This document shows, piece by piece, positions 19,995 through 28,338 of a stretch of 32,000 nucleotides of DNA. The translations under genes and the position numbers were made by a program. Source of the stretch: Candidatus Altimarinota bacterium (GTDB taxonomy: Bacteria; Patescibacteriota; Gracilibacteria; UBA1369); NCBI GenBank assembly GCA_041659405.1, contig JBAZYK010000001.1, positions 203,047 through 235,046 on the forward strand, in the 5' to 3' direction. The stretch's first letter is position 1. Each line of letters begins with the position of its first letter. The notes beneath the pieces were generated by a model. It ran no database searches. It was not told the origin of the DNA and worked only from the letters and a program-made list of their open reading frames with translations.

Positions 19995-20858
19995 ATGGTT
20001 CCAGAATTAAAACTCAGCGAGGTTAGAAAAGTTTATCCAAAGCGCGCGACCGATTCACACAAAGGAATGAATGGACGCGTGATGATTATTGGTGGCAGCA
20101 TTGATTATCACGGTGCACCGGTCTTAAGCGGTTTAGGGGCTTTACATAGCGGTGCGGATCTGGTGTATCTTTTTGTTCCCGAATGTAATTTTGATGTTAC
20201 CCGCAGCAAATATCCTGATTTTATTGTGCGTTCTTTTCCGGGAAATTATTTGGATATGAAAGGCGTTTCTTCTATTCTGGAATTTTCAAAAAAATGTAAT
20301 GTGGTTTTAATGGGACCGGGAATTGGTGATAAGGAAGAGAGTTTTGAGGCTATGCTTGAACTTACAAAGCGCTTTGATATCCCAACCGTTTTGGATTCTG
20401 AGGCGATCCAGGTTTTTAAAAAAATAAAAGAAGTTCCGCTTCCGCAAAAAATTGTGATCACTCCTCATCATAATGAATTTGAACAATTAACAGGCAAGGA
20501 TATTAAAATTTCCGGATCGCTTTCGGGGAAAGTTGTACTTGTTAGGACGATTGCCACTGATTTGAGAATCAATATTTTACTAAAAGGCCCACAGGACTTG
20601 GTGGCATCGGAAGAAGGCGAAGTTTTCATAAATAACACCGGCAACGCAGGCATGACAGTTGGTGGCAGCGGTGATGTTTTGAGTGGATATGTGGCGGGCT
20701 TAATTGGGCAGGGTGCTGCGCCTTTTGCGGCTTGTCAGGCGGCGGCTTATCTTTTTGGAAAGACCGGAGATCACCTCTTTAAATCCAAAGGTTATTGCTT
20801 TACGGCCACAGATTTGGCAAGTGAACTTCCTTACGTAATTCGCGAAAATATTTTTTAA
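19995..20858 (+). CDS. nnrD: ADP-dependent NAD(P)H-hydrate dehydratase (YjeF C-terminal / carbohydrate-kinase type)
   Basis: This is a 287-aa ORF with HKGMNGRVMIIGGS...GAPVLSGLGALHSGADLVY and the C-terminal GGSGDVLSG motif. Confidence 0.85.
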   Translation: MVPELKLSEVRKVYPKRATDSHKGMNGRVMIIGGSIDYHGAPVLSGLGALHSGADLVYLFVPECNFDVTRSKYPDFIVRSFPGNYLDMKGVSSILEFSKKCNVVLMGPGIGDKEESFEAMLELTKRFDIPTVLDSEAIQVFKKIKEVPLPQKIVITPHHNEFEQLTGKDIKISGSLSGKVVLVRTIATDLRINILLKGPQDLVASEEGEVFINNTGNAGMTVGGSGDVLSGYVAGLIGQGAAPFAACQAAAYLFGKTGDHLFKSKGYCFTATDLASELPYVIRENIF

Positions 20859-20883
20859 ATGTGACGTTTAATAAATTTGGATC

Positions 20884-21744
20884 ATGCGAAAAGTTTTCAA
20901 AAAAGATTTACCCGTTTTTCAGTTTCATCTTTTACAAAAATTTTCGGATGATCTTGAACATGCTGTAACTTGTAGAATTGGTGGAGTTAGTAAAGCGCCG
21001 TATGATGAGCTTAATTTAAGTTTTAGTGTTGGCGATGACGAAAAGGCGGTGCAGAAAAATCGTCAAATTTTGAGCGAGGCTTTGGGTGTGAAAAATATTG
21101 TCGGGGCAAATCAAACCCACAGTAAAAATATTCTGGTGATTGATGAAGAGTTTGCGCGCTATTGTGATTTAGGGCCGGAGCCGGCCAACATTGATGGCTT
21201 TGTGACGGCACTTTCCGGCATTGGGTTACTGTTAAAAGTGGCTGATTGTCAGGCGATTTTGATGTTTGATCCGGTGAAAAAAGTGATTGCGGCGGTGCAT
21301 GCGGGGTGGAAAGGGCAAGTACAAGACATAAGTGGGCAGGCCATAAAAATCATGCGAGAAAATTTTGGAGTTGATCCTGCAAATATTCTGGTGGGAATTT
21401 CGCCTTCGCTTGGGCCATGCTGCGCGTTTTTTTCTGATCCGCGTTCGGAATTGCCAAAAAGTTTTGAGCCATTTATTTTGGATAATAATCGTGTGGATTT
21501 GTGGGGATATAGTCTTTGGCAATTGCAACAACATGGCGTTTTGCCGGAGCACGTTGAACTTGCCCGCGTGTGCAGTTTTTGCTCGGGACATAATGGAATT
21601 CGCGGCTTAAGCTCGAGCGCGCTGACGAATGAACAAGCCGGGGAGTTGCCTGAAGGTTCTGTGTTACCTGCTGGAAAATTTTATTCTTTCCGCAGAAATC
21701 TTGGAATTACCGGACGCTTTGGTGGAATGATTTTTTTGAAATAG
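20884..21744 (+). CDS. pgeF: PgeF/YfiH-family (DUF152, laccase-domain) purine nucleoside/peptidoglycan-editing enzyme
   Basis: The conserved His/Cys/His triad contexts are present (QTHSKN, VADCQAI, VHAGWKG), along with the C-terminal FYSFRRN...TGRF. A roughly 30-aa insertion precedes FYSFRR. Confidence 0.85.
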   Translation: MRKVFKKDLPVFQFHLLQKFSDDLEHAVTCRIGGVSKAPYDELNLSFSVGDDEKAVQKNRQILSEALGVKNIVGANQTHSKNILVIDEEFARYCDLGPEPANIDGFVTALSGIGLLLKVADCQAILMFDPVKKVIAAVHAGWKGQVQDISGQAIKIMRENFGVDPANILVGISPSLGPCCAFFSDPRSELPKSFEPFILDNNRVDLWGYSLWQLQQHGVLPEHVELARVCSFCSGHNGIRGLSSSALTNEQAGELPEGSVLPAGKFYSFRRNLGITGRFGGMIFLK

Positions 21745-21772
21745 ATTTGTGCGCGCGCACAGATTTTAATTT
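21743..21772 (+). terminator. Candidate intrinsic terminator of pgeF: GC hairpin TGTGCGCGCGCACA followed by GATTTTAATTTT
   Basis: The palindrome spans 21748-21761 and is extendable by A-T/G.T pairs. A T-rich tract follows on the plus strand only. It lies between convergent genes. Confidence 0.5.
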
Positions 21773-21791
21773 TCGCGTGTTCGCTGGAAAG

Positions 21792-22877
21792 TTATTTTTT
21801 CAACAAATATTGGGACTGCTTTCCGGAAACCCATTTTTGCATTTCTTTCCAATCGACGCGGCGTTTTTTCATGATTTCTTTGCGTTTTTTGAGCATTTTG
21901 GGCATCTGCTTCAACATCAACCAAAAAGATTTGTACAAATAAGGCTCACGCAAAGTCATGTAGCCAAACATTAGCAGTTCTTTCCAAAGAAGGTAGGGCA
22001 AATCATGGCCAATGTTAGGCCAAAGATCGTTTTTAATCTGCATCAAACGCTGATTTTTGTAAGAATAATGTTTTTGAAATGCATTTAATTTAGTGCGGTT
22101 TTGGGCAACTTCCATGGTTGTGAAACGCTTTAAAACACCCGTTCCGCGACCATGATACGCATGAGCCGTTGGCAGAAAAAAGCAGGTCCAGCCAAGCAGA
22201 TGAAAGCGCCAGGAAATATCCACATCTTCTTTGTACATAAAAAAATCATTGTCCAGGTATTCATACTGAGGCTCTTCCTTCCCGCTCGTCGTCTTAATTT
22301 TGGCATCCTCAAGCGCTTCTTTGCGGTACAACGGACAAGCGCCGGAAATACCAAAAACCTCTTTGGGCTGATCAAATTGGCCCTGATCTTCCAGGCCCTG
22401 ACCGTCATCAATCACGCGGCGGTTGCGATAACAAAAGAGTCCAACCGTATCAATAAAATTTGTCTGCTTGTTATTTTGAAAATCGTATTTGTAAATTTTT
22501 CCGCAAATGGCTGCGATTTTATGATTCTCCTCCATTTTGACCACGCACTTTTCCAGATAATCCGGAGCAAATAAAATATCCGGATTCATCAACATTACAT
22601 ACTTGCCTTTGGATAAATTGATACCCTGATTTCCAGCAGGCGCATAGCCAATATTGTCCTTGTTGCAAACAAAAGTTATTTTATTTTCCGGCGAATGCAA
22701 AGTGCCATTTTTTGAATATTCCTGAATGGCATACTCACAAGATTTATCCGGAGAATTATTGTCGATTAAAAAAATTTCGATATTTTTGTAATTCTGCGCG
22801 AGAAGACTGTCAATACAGCCCTTTAAAAGGTGCTTGGTGTTGTAGTTGATGATGATGATGCTGACGAGTGGCCCCAT
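21792..22877 (-). CDS. Family 2 glycosyltransferase (rhamnosyltransferase-like)
   Basis: The N-terminus VSIIIINYNTKHLLKGCIDSLLAQNYKNIEIFLIDNNSPD is the typical GT-A/GT2 opening. LMNPDILF occupies the DxD-equivalent position. Confidence 0.85.
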   Translation of the reverse strand: MGPLVSIIIINYNTKHLLKGCIDSLLAQNYKNIEIFLIDNNSPDKSCEYAIQEYSKNGTLHSPENKITFVCNKDNIGYAPAGNQGINLSKGKYVMLMNPDILFAPDYLEKCVVKMEENHKIAAICGKIYKYDFQNNKQTNFIDTVGLFCYRNRRVIDDGQGLEDQGQFDQPKEVFGISGACPLYRKEALEDAKIKTTSGKEEPQYEYLDNDFFMYKEDVDISWRFHLLGWTCFFLPTAHAYHGRGTGVLKRFTTMEVAQNRTKLNAFQKHYSYKNQRLMQIKNDLWPNIGHDLPYLLWKELLMFGYMTLREPYLYKSFWLMLKQMPKMLKKRKEIMKKRRVDWKEMQKWVSGKQSQYLLKK

Positions 22878-22895
22878 TTTAAATTGGTAATTGAT

Positions 22896-22975
22896 TGTTC
22901 AGTTCATGAAATATTGTCTTCACACACAGGGCCCCTACCCCGGATGTGTTCAGCCAACATTTCATGAACTGAACA
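22896..22975. repeat. 80-nt near-perfect inverted repeat (long hairpin) between the GT2 start and the metK upstream region
   Basis: Arms 22896-22916 and 22955-22975 pair at 20 of 21 positions. The inner segment adds ACACA/TGTGT and GGG/CCC pairs. Each arm contains the palindrome TTCATGAA. Confidence 0.85.
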
Positions 22976-23205
22976 CAGACTTAATTAAAAATTGCTTAAC
23001 TTTTTAATGGTTTTCTTTTTAACTGCAGCTTTTTCGTTAGTGATTTTACCATTTTGTTGTAAAAATGCCATATTTTGCTTGGTTGAGGGTGTATGCCAAG
23101 CTATTGAAGTCAGCACGGCTTTTCTTGCCAAGAAGGCCCTTTTAGTATAGATTCTTGCATGTGTTTTTATAAATTTCCGGTTCAATAAATTTAATTTTCC
23201 CCAAT

Positions 23206-24336
23206 ATGTCCAATTATCTTTTCACTTCAGAATCGGTTACAGAAGGTCATCCGGATAAGATTGCTGATCAAATTTCCGATGCGGTGCTTGATGCAATTTT
23301 GACTCAGGATTTAAATGGACGTGTTGCCTGTGAAACTCTTGTAACAACCGGATTAGTGGTTGTGGCAGGGGAAATCACCACAAATTGTTATGTGGATATT
23401 CCAAAAATCGCGCGCAAAACAATTGAAGAAATTGGTTATAATGATGCGAGTTATGGCTTTGATTCCAAGGCCTGCGCGGTTGTGACTTCCATTGATGAAC
23501 AAAGTCCGGATATTGCGATGGGTGTTGATCCGGGTGGCGCCGGTGATCAGGGAATGATGTTTGGTTATGCGGTAAACGAGACTCCGCAATTTATGCCGAT
23601 GCCAATTATGTTGGCACATCAACTAACACAAAAATTGGCCAGCGTGCGCAAAGCAAATGGTCTTAAATATTTGCGTCCGGATGGTAAAAGTCAGGTTACG
23701 ATTGAGTATGAAAATGGCAAGCCAAAGCGCGTTCACACGGTTGTGGTTTCCACTCAACATGGACCGGAAGCTTCTCAAGAACAAATTTACAAAGATATTT
23801 TGGAGCATGTGATTCAGCCGGTTTGTGGCAAGATGCTTGATAAAAATACAATTTTCCATATCAATCCAACCGGAAGATTTATTGTTGGCGGGCCACCGGG
23901 TGATTGCGGATTAACCGGCAGAAAAATTATTGTGGATACTTACGGCGGAATGGGACATCATGGTGGAGGTTGTTTTAGCGGCAAGGATCCAAGCAAAGTT
24001 GACCGTAGCGCTGCTTATTATGGACGCTATGTTGCAAAAAATATTGTGGCTTCCGGAATTGCCGATCGTTGTGAAGTGCAGATTGCTTATGCAATTGGCG
24101 TGGCAGAACCTGTTTCGATTTATGTAAACACTTTTGGAACAGGAAAAATCTCCGATGAAACAATCGCCCAATTGGTTCGTGAACATTTTGAATTTACGCC
24201 GAAAGCAATTATTCAGCAGCTTGATTTGCGTCGTCCTATCTACAAAAAAACGGCAGCCTATGGCCATTTTGGACGCGAGGACGAATCATTCAGCTGGGAA
24301 AAAATTGATAAGGCGCCGCTTTTGATGATGCGATAA
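23206..24336 (+). CDS. metK: S-adenosylmethionine synthetase
   Basis: The motifs are [24 protein letters not shown] and [19 protein letters not shown]. Confidence 0.97.
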   Translation: MSNYLFTSESVTEGHPDKIADQISDAVLDAILTQDLNGRVACETLVTTGLVVVAGEITTNCYVDIPKIARKTIEEIGYNDASYGFDSKACAVVTSIDEQSPDIAMGVDPGGAGDQGMMFGYAVNETPQFMPMPIMLAHQLTQKLASVRKANGLKYLRPDGKSQVTIEYENGKPKRVHTVVVSTQHGPEASQEQIYKDILEHVIQPVCGKMLDKNTIFHINPTGRFIVGGPPGDCGLTGRKIIVDTYGGMGHHGGGCFSGKDPSKVDRSAAYYGRYVAKNIVASGIADRCEVQIAYAIGVAEPVSIYVNTFGTGKISDETIAQLVREHFEFTPKAIIQQLDLRRPIYKKTAAYGHFGREDESFSWEKIDKAPLLMMR

Positions 24337-24406
24337 GGTTAACAATTATGTTAACTATCTTGCATCATAAACTTACTGAAATTTATTTTTTATTTTCCGA
24401 ACAAAA

Positions 24407-25696
24407 ATGCTCGATCTGAACAATGAAAATTTGATTAACCAGGGGCAAATGAACCTGGCGCTGGCTGAGCGCAGCATGTCCGCATTAATGCAACTACGTG
24501 AAAGATTTCGTAAAGAAAAAACTTTTAGTGGTGTGCGCATTGGGATGGCGCTGCATGTTACAAAAGAAACCGGTGTGCTTGTTAGAACTTTGATTGATGG
24601 AGGAGCAGAAGTGGCTATTACAAGCTGTAATCCGCTTTCGACCCAGGATGACATTGTGGCAGCTTTGAATAAAGAAGGCGTAAAAGTTTATGGCTACAAA
24701 GGCGAATCAAAAGAAGAATATTATGCTTTTTTGCAAAAAATTATTGAATTTAAGCCAACAATTACGATTGATGATGGTTGTGATTTGGTGAACGAAATTC
24801 ATCTTCATCATCCTGAACTTATTGAAAATATCATTGGTGGATGCGAAGAAACGACTACGGGGGTGATCCGCCTGAATGCGATGGAAAAAGATCATGCGCT
24901 AAAATATCCGGTGGTGGCCGTGAACGACAACAACACCAAACATTTGATGGACAATTATTACGGGACCGGACAATCAACTTTGGATGGCATTATTCGTGCT
25001 ACAAATGTCCTTATTGCGGCGAAAGTGGTGGTGGTGGCCGGATATGGGGACTGTGGGAAAGGCGTGGCTTTACGCGCAAAAGGGCTGGGTGCCCGTGTGG
25101 TTGTAACAGAAATCAGACCTTTCCGCGCTTTGCAGGCCAAAATGGATGGTTTTGAAGTTATGCCAATGGCTGAAGCTGCCAAATTGGGGGATATTTTTAT
25201 AACGGTAACCGGAGATTGTGATGTGATTCGTCCGGAGCACATGAAAGTGATGAAATCCGGTGCAATTTTGGCTAATTCAGGCCATTTTGATGTTGAAATT
25301 GATATTCCGGGATTGAAGAAAATTTCCAGTAAAGTTACACGAATGCGTCCATTTTTGGATGAATACCTACTTCAACCTATTTCAACCTCAAAGGTCGGGG
25401 CGACCTCGGGGCAACCTCAAAGGTCGATTTACGTTGTGGGCGAAGGCCGCCTGGTGAATTTAGCGGCAGCGGAAGGTCATCCAAGTGAAGTTATGTCCAT
25501 GTCTTTCTGCGGACAAGCTTTAGCAACTGAGTTTTTGCTTAAAAACAAAGGCAAACTGGAACCACGCGTTTATCAACTCCCCGAAGAAATTGACGAAGAA
25601 ATCGCTCAACTACAACTTGATTCAATGCAGGTTAAAATCGACGAATTGAATGCCAAGCAGAAAAAATATCTGGAGAGTTGGCAGGAAGGAACTTAG
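24407..25696 (+). CDS. ahcY: Adenosylhomocysteinase
   Basis: The Rossmann motif VVVAGYGDCGKGVA is present, along with EGRLVNLAAAEGHPSEVM and an overall AhcY pattern. It contains an extra segment of about 14-16 aa encoded by the repeat at 25371-25426. Confidence 0.95.
   Translation: MLDLNNENLINQGQMNLALAERSMSALMQLRERFRKEKTFSGVRIGMALHVTKETGVLVRTLIDGGAEVAITSCNPLSTQDDIVAALNKEGVKVYGYKGESKEEYYAFLQKIIEFKPTITIDDGCDLVNEIHLHHPELIENIIGGCEETTTGVIRLNAMEKDHALKYPVVAVNDNNTKHLMDNYYGTGQSTLDGIIRATNVLIAAKVVVVAGYGDCGKGVALRAKGLGARVVVTEIRPFRALQAKMDGFEVMPMAEAAKLGDIFITVTGDCDVIRPEHMKVMKSGAILANSGHFDVEIDIPGLKKISSKVTRMRPFLDEYLLQPISTSKVGATSGQPQRSIYVVGEGRLVNLAAAEGHPSEVMSMSFCGQALATEFLLKNKGKLEPRVYQLPEEIDEEIAQLQLDSMQVKIDELNAKQKKYLESWQEGT
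25371..25426. repeat. GC-rich direct and inverted repeat cluster inside ahcY (in frame)
   Basis: CAACCTCAAAGGTCG occurs twice (25383-25397 and 25412-25426). TTCAACCT occurs twice (25371-25378 and 25381-25388). AGGTCG / CGACCT inverted repeats are also present. Confidence 0.85.
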
Positions 25697-25698
25697 TT

Positions 25699-25729
25699 AA
25701 TTACGAATTACGAATTGTGGAATTTGTGG
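25699..25729. repeat. AATTACG-type heptad repeat run immediately after the ahcY stop, overlapping the last codons of the convergent 708-aa gene
   Basis: AATTACGAATTACGAATTGTGGAATTTGTGG is read directly from the sequence. It is related to the run at 10430-10461. Confidence 0.6.
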
Positions 25730-27827
25730 CGGAATGAAGAATGGTCGTTTTTTGAGCGGCTTGTTGCGCGTGCTTAATCCGGAAAGATCCTTTTTCGTGG
25801 AATCCTCCAACTTCATTCAAAATTTTGCGGCGATAAACTGCAAAACCGCCCGCTCCGCTCGCGGCAGAAACATCTTCGTCCGTGGCTGACATGCTCGCGT
25901 TTTTAGCCTGATTCAAATTCACAAAATCAAGCTTTTTGCTTTGTAAAGCCTTTACGACTTCAAAAAGGGCATCCGGTGTGAGTTCATCTTTGTTGTCCAG
26001 TAAGCCAACATAACCACCTGTCGCCAGCTTTAGAGCTTCGTTTGAAGCTTTAATAGCACCACGGTTTTTGGTCTTAAATTGGACCTTAATGCGTTTATCC
26101 ATGGCCGCATATTTTTCCAAAAGTGGTTTGATATTGGGCGCAGTTGAACCATCATCACAAATGCAAAGTTCAAAGCGATTATATGTCTGCTTTTTTACTG
26201 ACTCTATAGCTTTAACAAGCAACTCTTCCGGCACATTATAGACCGGCATGACAATGCTGATCACCGGTTTATATGAAAACATTTCCTGTTCTTTCAGTAC
26301 CAGGCCGAGGTGTTTTGGAGTGAAACCATCCGGCAAAATATTTTCGGCAGCTTCAGCCGGTTTGATTTTATTTTTGACGGAATTAAATGCTTTTTGAAAA
26401 TAATTCGCGTTGAGTTTTTTAAAAAATGCGATCACTTTCCATGATCTGGAAGCCAAAATTTCATCTAAACTTTTCTTCTGCGCTGTGGAAAGTTTTTGCA
26501 GAGAATTAAGTTCAAGATTTTTTTGATCCAAAAGTTCATTTTTTTCTTTGAGTGTTTTTTCAATATTTTGGATATGGATAATTAAAAGTTCTTTTTCCTG
26601 AAACAGGCTTTCATATTCCTGTTCTTTGGAAAACAGCTGCTTAAGAAGCTCTTCAATTAATTGTTCCCGCTCGTTGATATTATCTTTAAAATTCTGATTT
26701 TCGCTTTGAACTTCGTCCAGGGCCGCGCTTTTTTCCTGCAGTACGGCACGCAAAAACTGGATAGCCTTTTTGCAATCAAGAAGAAGACTTTCCAACTTCT
26801 GTTTTTTGGCCTCCATCTGCACAAATTCGGTCTGAGTTGAGAGACTTAATTTTTCAACCTCGGCCAGTTTTGTAACTGACAATCTGAGTTCTTTTCTTTT
26901 ACGATTAAAAAGTTTTCTGAGTTCGGTAAAAGCAAGTTTCAATAAATAGGAAAAGTTTTTTATTGAAAATTGATTGTGAGTACCAAGCGTGTTTTTGATT
27001 CTATCATGCGGAATTTCGTCATTCTTACTAATGCAATAAATGGTGCGATAAGTCGGCTCTTTAAAGTTTCCAAGCAAATCAAAATTTCTGTTGGCATATT
27101 CTTGAAAATTGCTAAATTCCTCTACCACAGGCTCGCCAAGCTTTGCACCGGACAACAATTGTTGAAGCATCCAATTGCTGATATTGCCTTCGCCGTAAGC
27201 GGTGAATTTAAGATTTTTTTCCGTCAGCCAGGTTTTAAGCTGATCTTCGTTAGGCAAGCCAAGCCGCTGATGCTCAATTAAAAGTGGATGTTGGCTACCC
27301 GCGTTTTCCAAATACTGTTGGCGAATAATATTTTCAATATTCTCGTTATAATTTTTGTAAAAAGGAGCCGCGATGATAATAAAATTATTGCTGATACGCT
27401 GCAATTCCTCTAAGGCAAGTGGACGATCGGCCTGACCCATGTGCTCCAAAAAATCCGCCGCAATCACAAAATCAAAATCGCCATCATTAAAGGGCAGTTT
27501 TTTGAAGTTGGCCTTATCTAAAACCGTAACTTGCGCGCCGGGAATATTCGCAGTTAAAAATTGCGATGTTTGGATAGCGAATTTGCCCAGATAAAGGATC
27601 TTGGAGCCGGCCGGGGCTAGAGCGGGGGCTAAAACGTCCGAGGGGATGGCCTTTGCAGCTTCAGAATTTTGAACCTGGTCAGTCTTTGCAGCTTCCGGAT
27701 CTTGAACTTGGTCAGCGATTTCCGCTTTAGGATCTTGAGCGTTCGCCAACTCCTTAGCAATCAGCGTGAAGGCAAAATTCCGGGAGTAAAGGTCTAAAGG
27801 CAGTTGATATAAATTGGTTGGTTCCAT
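25701..27827 (-). CDS. Fusion protein: N-terminal class-I methyltransferase-like domain, central coiled coil, C-terminal family 2 glycosyltransferase domain
   Basis: The N-terminal region has FDFVIAADFLEHM and VTVLD (MTase motif II and post-I), but motif I reads ILYLGKFAIQ with no GxGxG. Roughly aa 300-450 are heptad-rich in E/K/L/Q. The C-terminal ISIVMPVYNVPEELLVKAIESVKKQTYNRFELCICDDGS is a GT2 opening. Confidence 0.8.
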   Translation of the reverse strand: MEPTNLYQLPLDLYSRNFAFTLIAKELANAQDPKAEIADQVQDPEAAKTDQVQNSEAAKAIPSDVLAPALAPAGSKILYLGKFAIQTSQFLTANIPGAQVTVLDKANFKKLPFNDGDFDFVIAADFLEHMGQADRPLALEELQRISNNFIIIAAPFYKNYNENIENIIRQQYLENAGSQHPLLIEHQRLGLPNEDQLKTWLTEKNLKFTAYGEGNISNWMLQQLLSGAKLGEPVVEEFSNFQEYANRNFDLLGNFKEPTYRTIYCISKNDEIPHDRIKNTLGTHNQFSIKNFSYLLKLAFTELRKLFNRKRKELRLSVTKLAEVEKLSLSTQTEFVQMEAKKQKLESLLLDCKKAIQFLRAVLQEKSAALDEVQSENQNFKDNINEREQLIEELLKQLFSKEQEYESLFQEKELLIIHIQNIEKTLKEKNELLDQKNLELNSLQKLSTAQKKSLDEILASRSWKVIAFFKKLNANYFQKAFNSVKNKIKPAEAAENILPDGFTPKHLGLVLKEQEMFSYKPVISIVMPVYNVPEELLVKAIESVKKQTYNRFELCICDDGSTAPNIKPLLEKYAAMDKRIKVQFKTKNRGAIKASNEALKLATGGYVGLLDNKDELTPDALFEVVKALQSKKLDFVNLNQAKNASMSATDEDVSAASGAGGFAVYRRKILNEVGGFHEKGSFRIKHAQQAAQKTTILHSATNSTIRNS
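27651..27716. repeat. 33-bp tandem repeat (2 full copies plus a degenerate third to about 27745) inside the N-terminus of the 708-aa gene
   Basis: CTTTGCAGCTTCAGAATTTTGAACCTGGTCAGT (27651-27683) is followed by CTTTGCAGCTTCCGGATCTTGAACTTGGTCAGC (27684-27716). These encode DQVQ(D/N)(P/S)EAAK(T/A) repeats. Confidence 0.85.
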
Positions 27828-27906
27828 CGGGTTCAGGTAAGACTAAAAAGCACTTTTCGCTGGGCTATCATAGGGATTTACGGGCGACTAGTCAAAGCAA
27901 TCTGAT

Positions 27907-28335
27907 TTACAGTTTTAGATCTTTTAAAAGCCTGATATTTCCTTCTTTTTTAACCAATTGATAATATTTTTCGTCAGCGGTAATAAGTTCAGCATCATAA
28001 GCTTTGGCCAAAGCATGATAAGCCGCGTCATAAAAACTGATTTTGGAATATTTTGCCATAAGCCGTGAACAAATTTTCATCAAGTCTCTTTCCAGAGGGA
28101 CGACACTTATTTGTTTTTCCATCAAAGTTTCATAGGCTTTAAAAGCCAAATTTGGATCAAGCCCTTTAAGTAATTTGTTAAAAAATTCATAGGGGAAAAT
28201 ATCCGGAACGAGAATGGAAATTTCGAATTTATCCTTTAAATATAAAAGTTTTTTTACAATTTCAGCTTCCGGCTCCTGTAATATTGGCTTTAATAAAACA
28301 GAATTATCGACCACAAAAAGTTTTATATTACTCAT
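27907..28335 (-). CDS. vapC: PIN-domain toxin, VapC family
   Basis: This is a 142-aa ORF with acidic PIN residues in the usual contexts (FVVDNS, PYEF, FYDAAY, ITADEKY). It sits 3 nt downstream of the antitoxin gene. Confidence 0.85.
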   Translation of the reverse strand: MSNIKLFVVDNSVLLKPILQEPEAEIVKKLLYLKDKFEISILVPDIFPYEFFNKLLKGLDPNLAFKAYETLMEKQISVVPLERDLMKICSRLMAKYSKISFYDAAYHALAKAYDAELITADEKYYQLVKKEGNIRLLKDLKL

Positions 28336-28338
28336 AAA

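Noticed and set aside
22985-23185. 66-aa minus-strand ORF between the long hairpin and metK
   Set aside because: It has no recognisable family, is basic and low-complexity, and occupies the region expected to be the metK promoter and leader. It is kept only as a caveat for the leader hypothesis.
22980-23205. Known SAM riboswitch classes upstream of metK
   Set aside because: By eye I could not find the conserved cores on either strand, for example the SAM-I GAGGGA...GCAACC...GGUGC.AA core or the SAM-II/V AAAGCU pseudoknot context. Only generic alternative hairpins are present.
24338-24355. Hairpin GTTAACA-ATTA-TGTTAAC after metK as a terminator
   Set aside because: The stem is AT-rich and 7 bp long, with no following T-tract. 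metK and ahcY are more likely co-transcribed.
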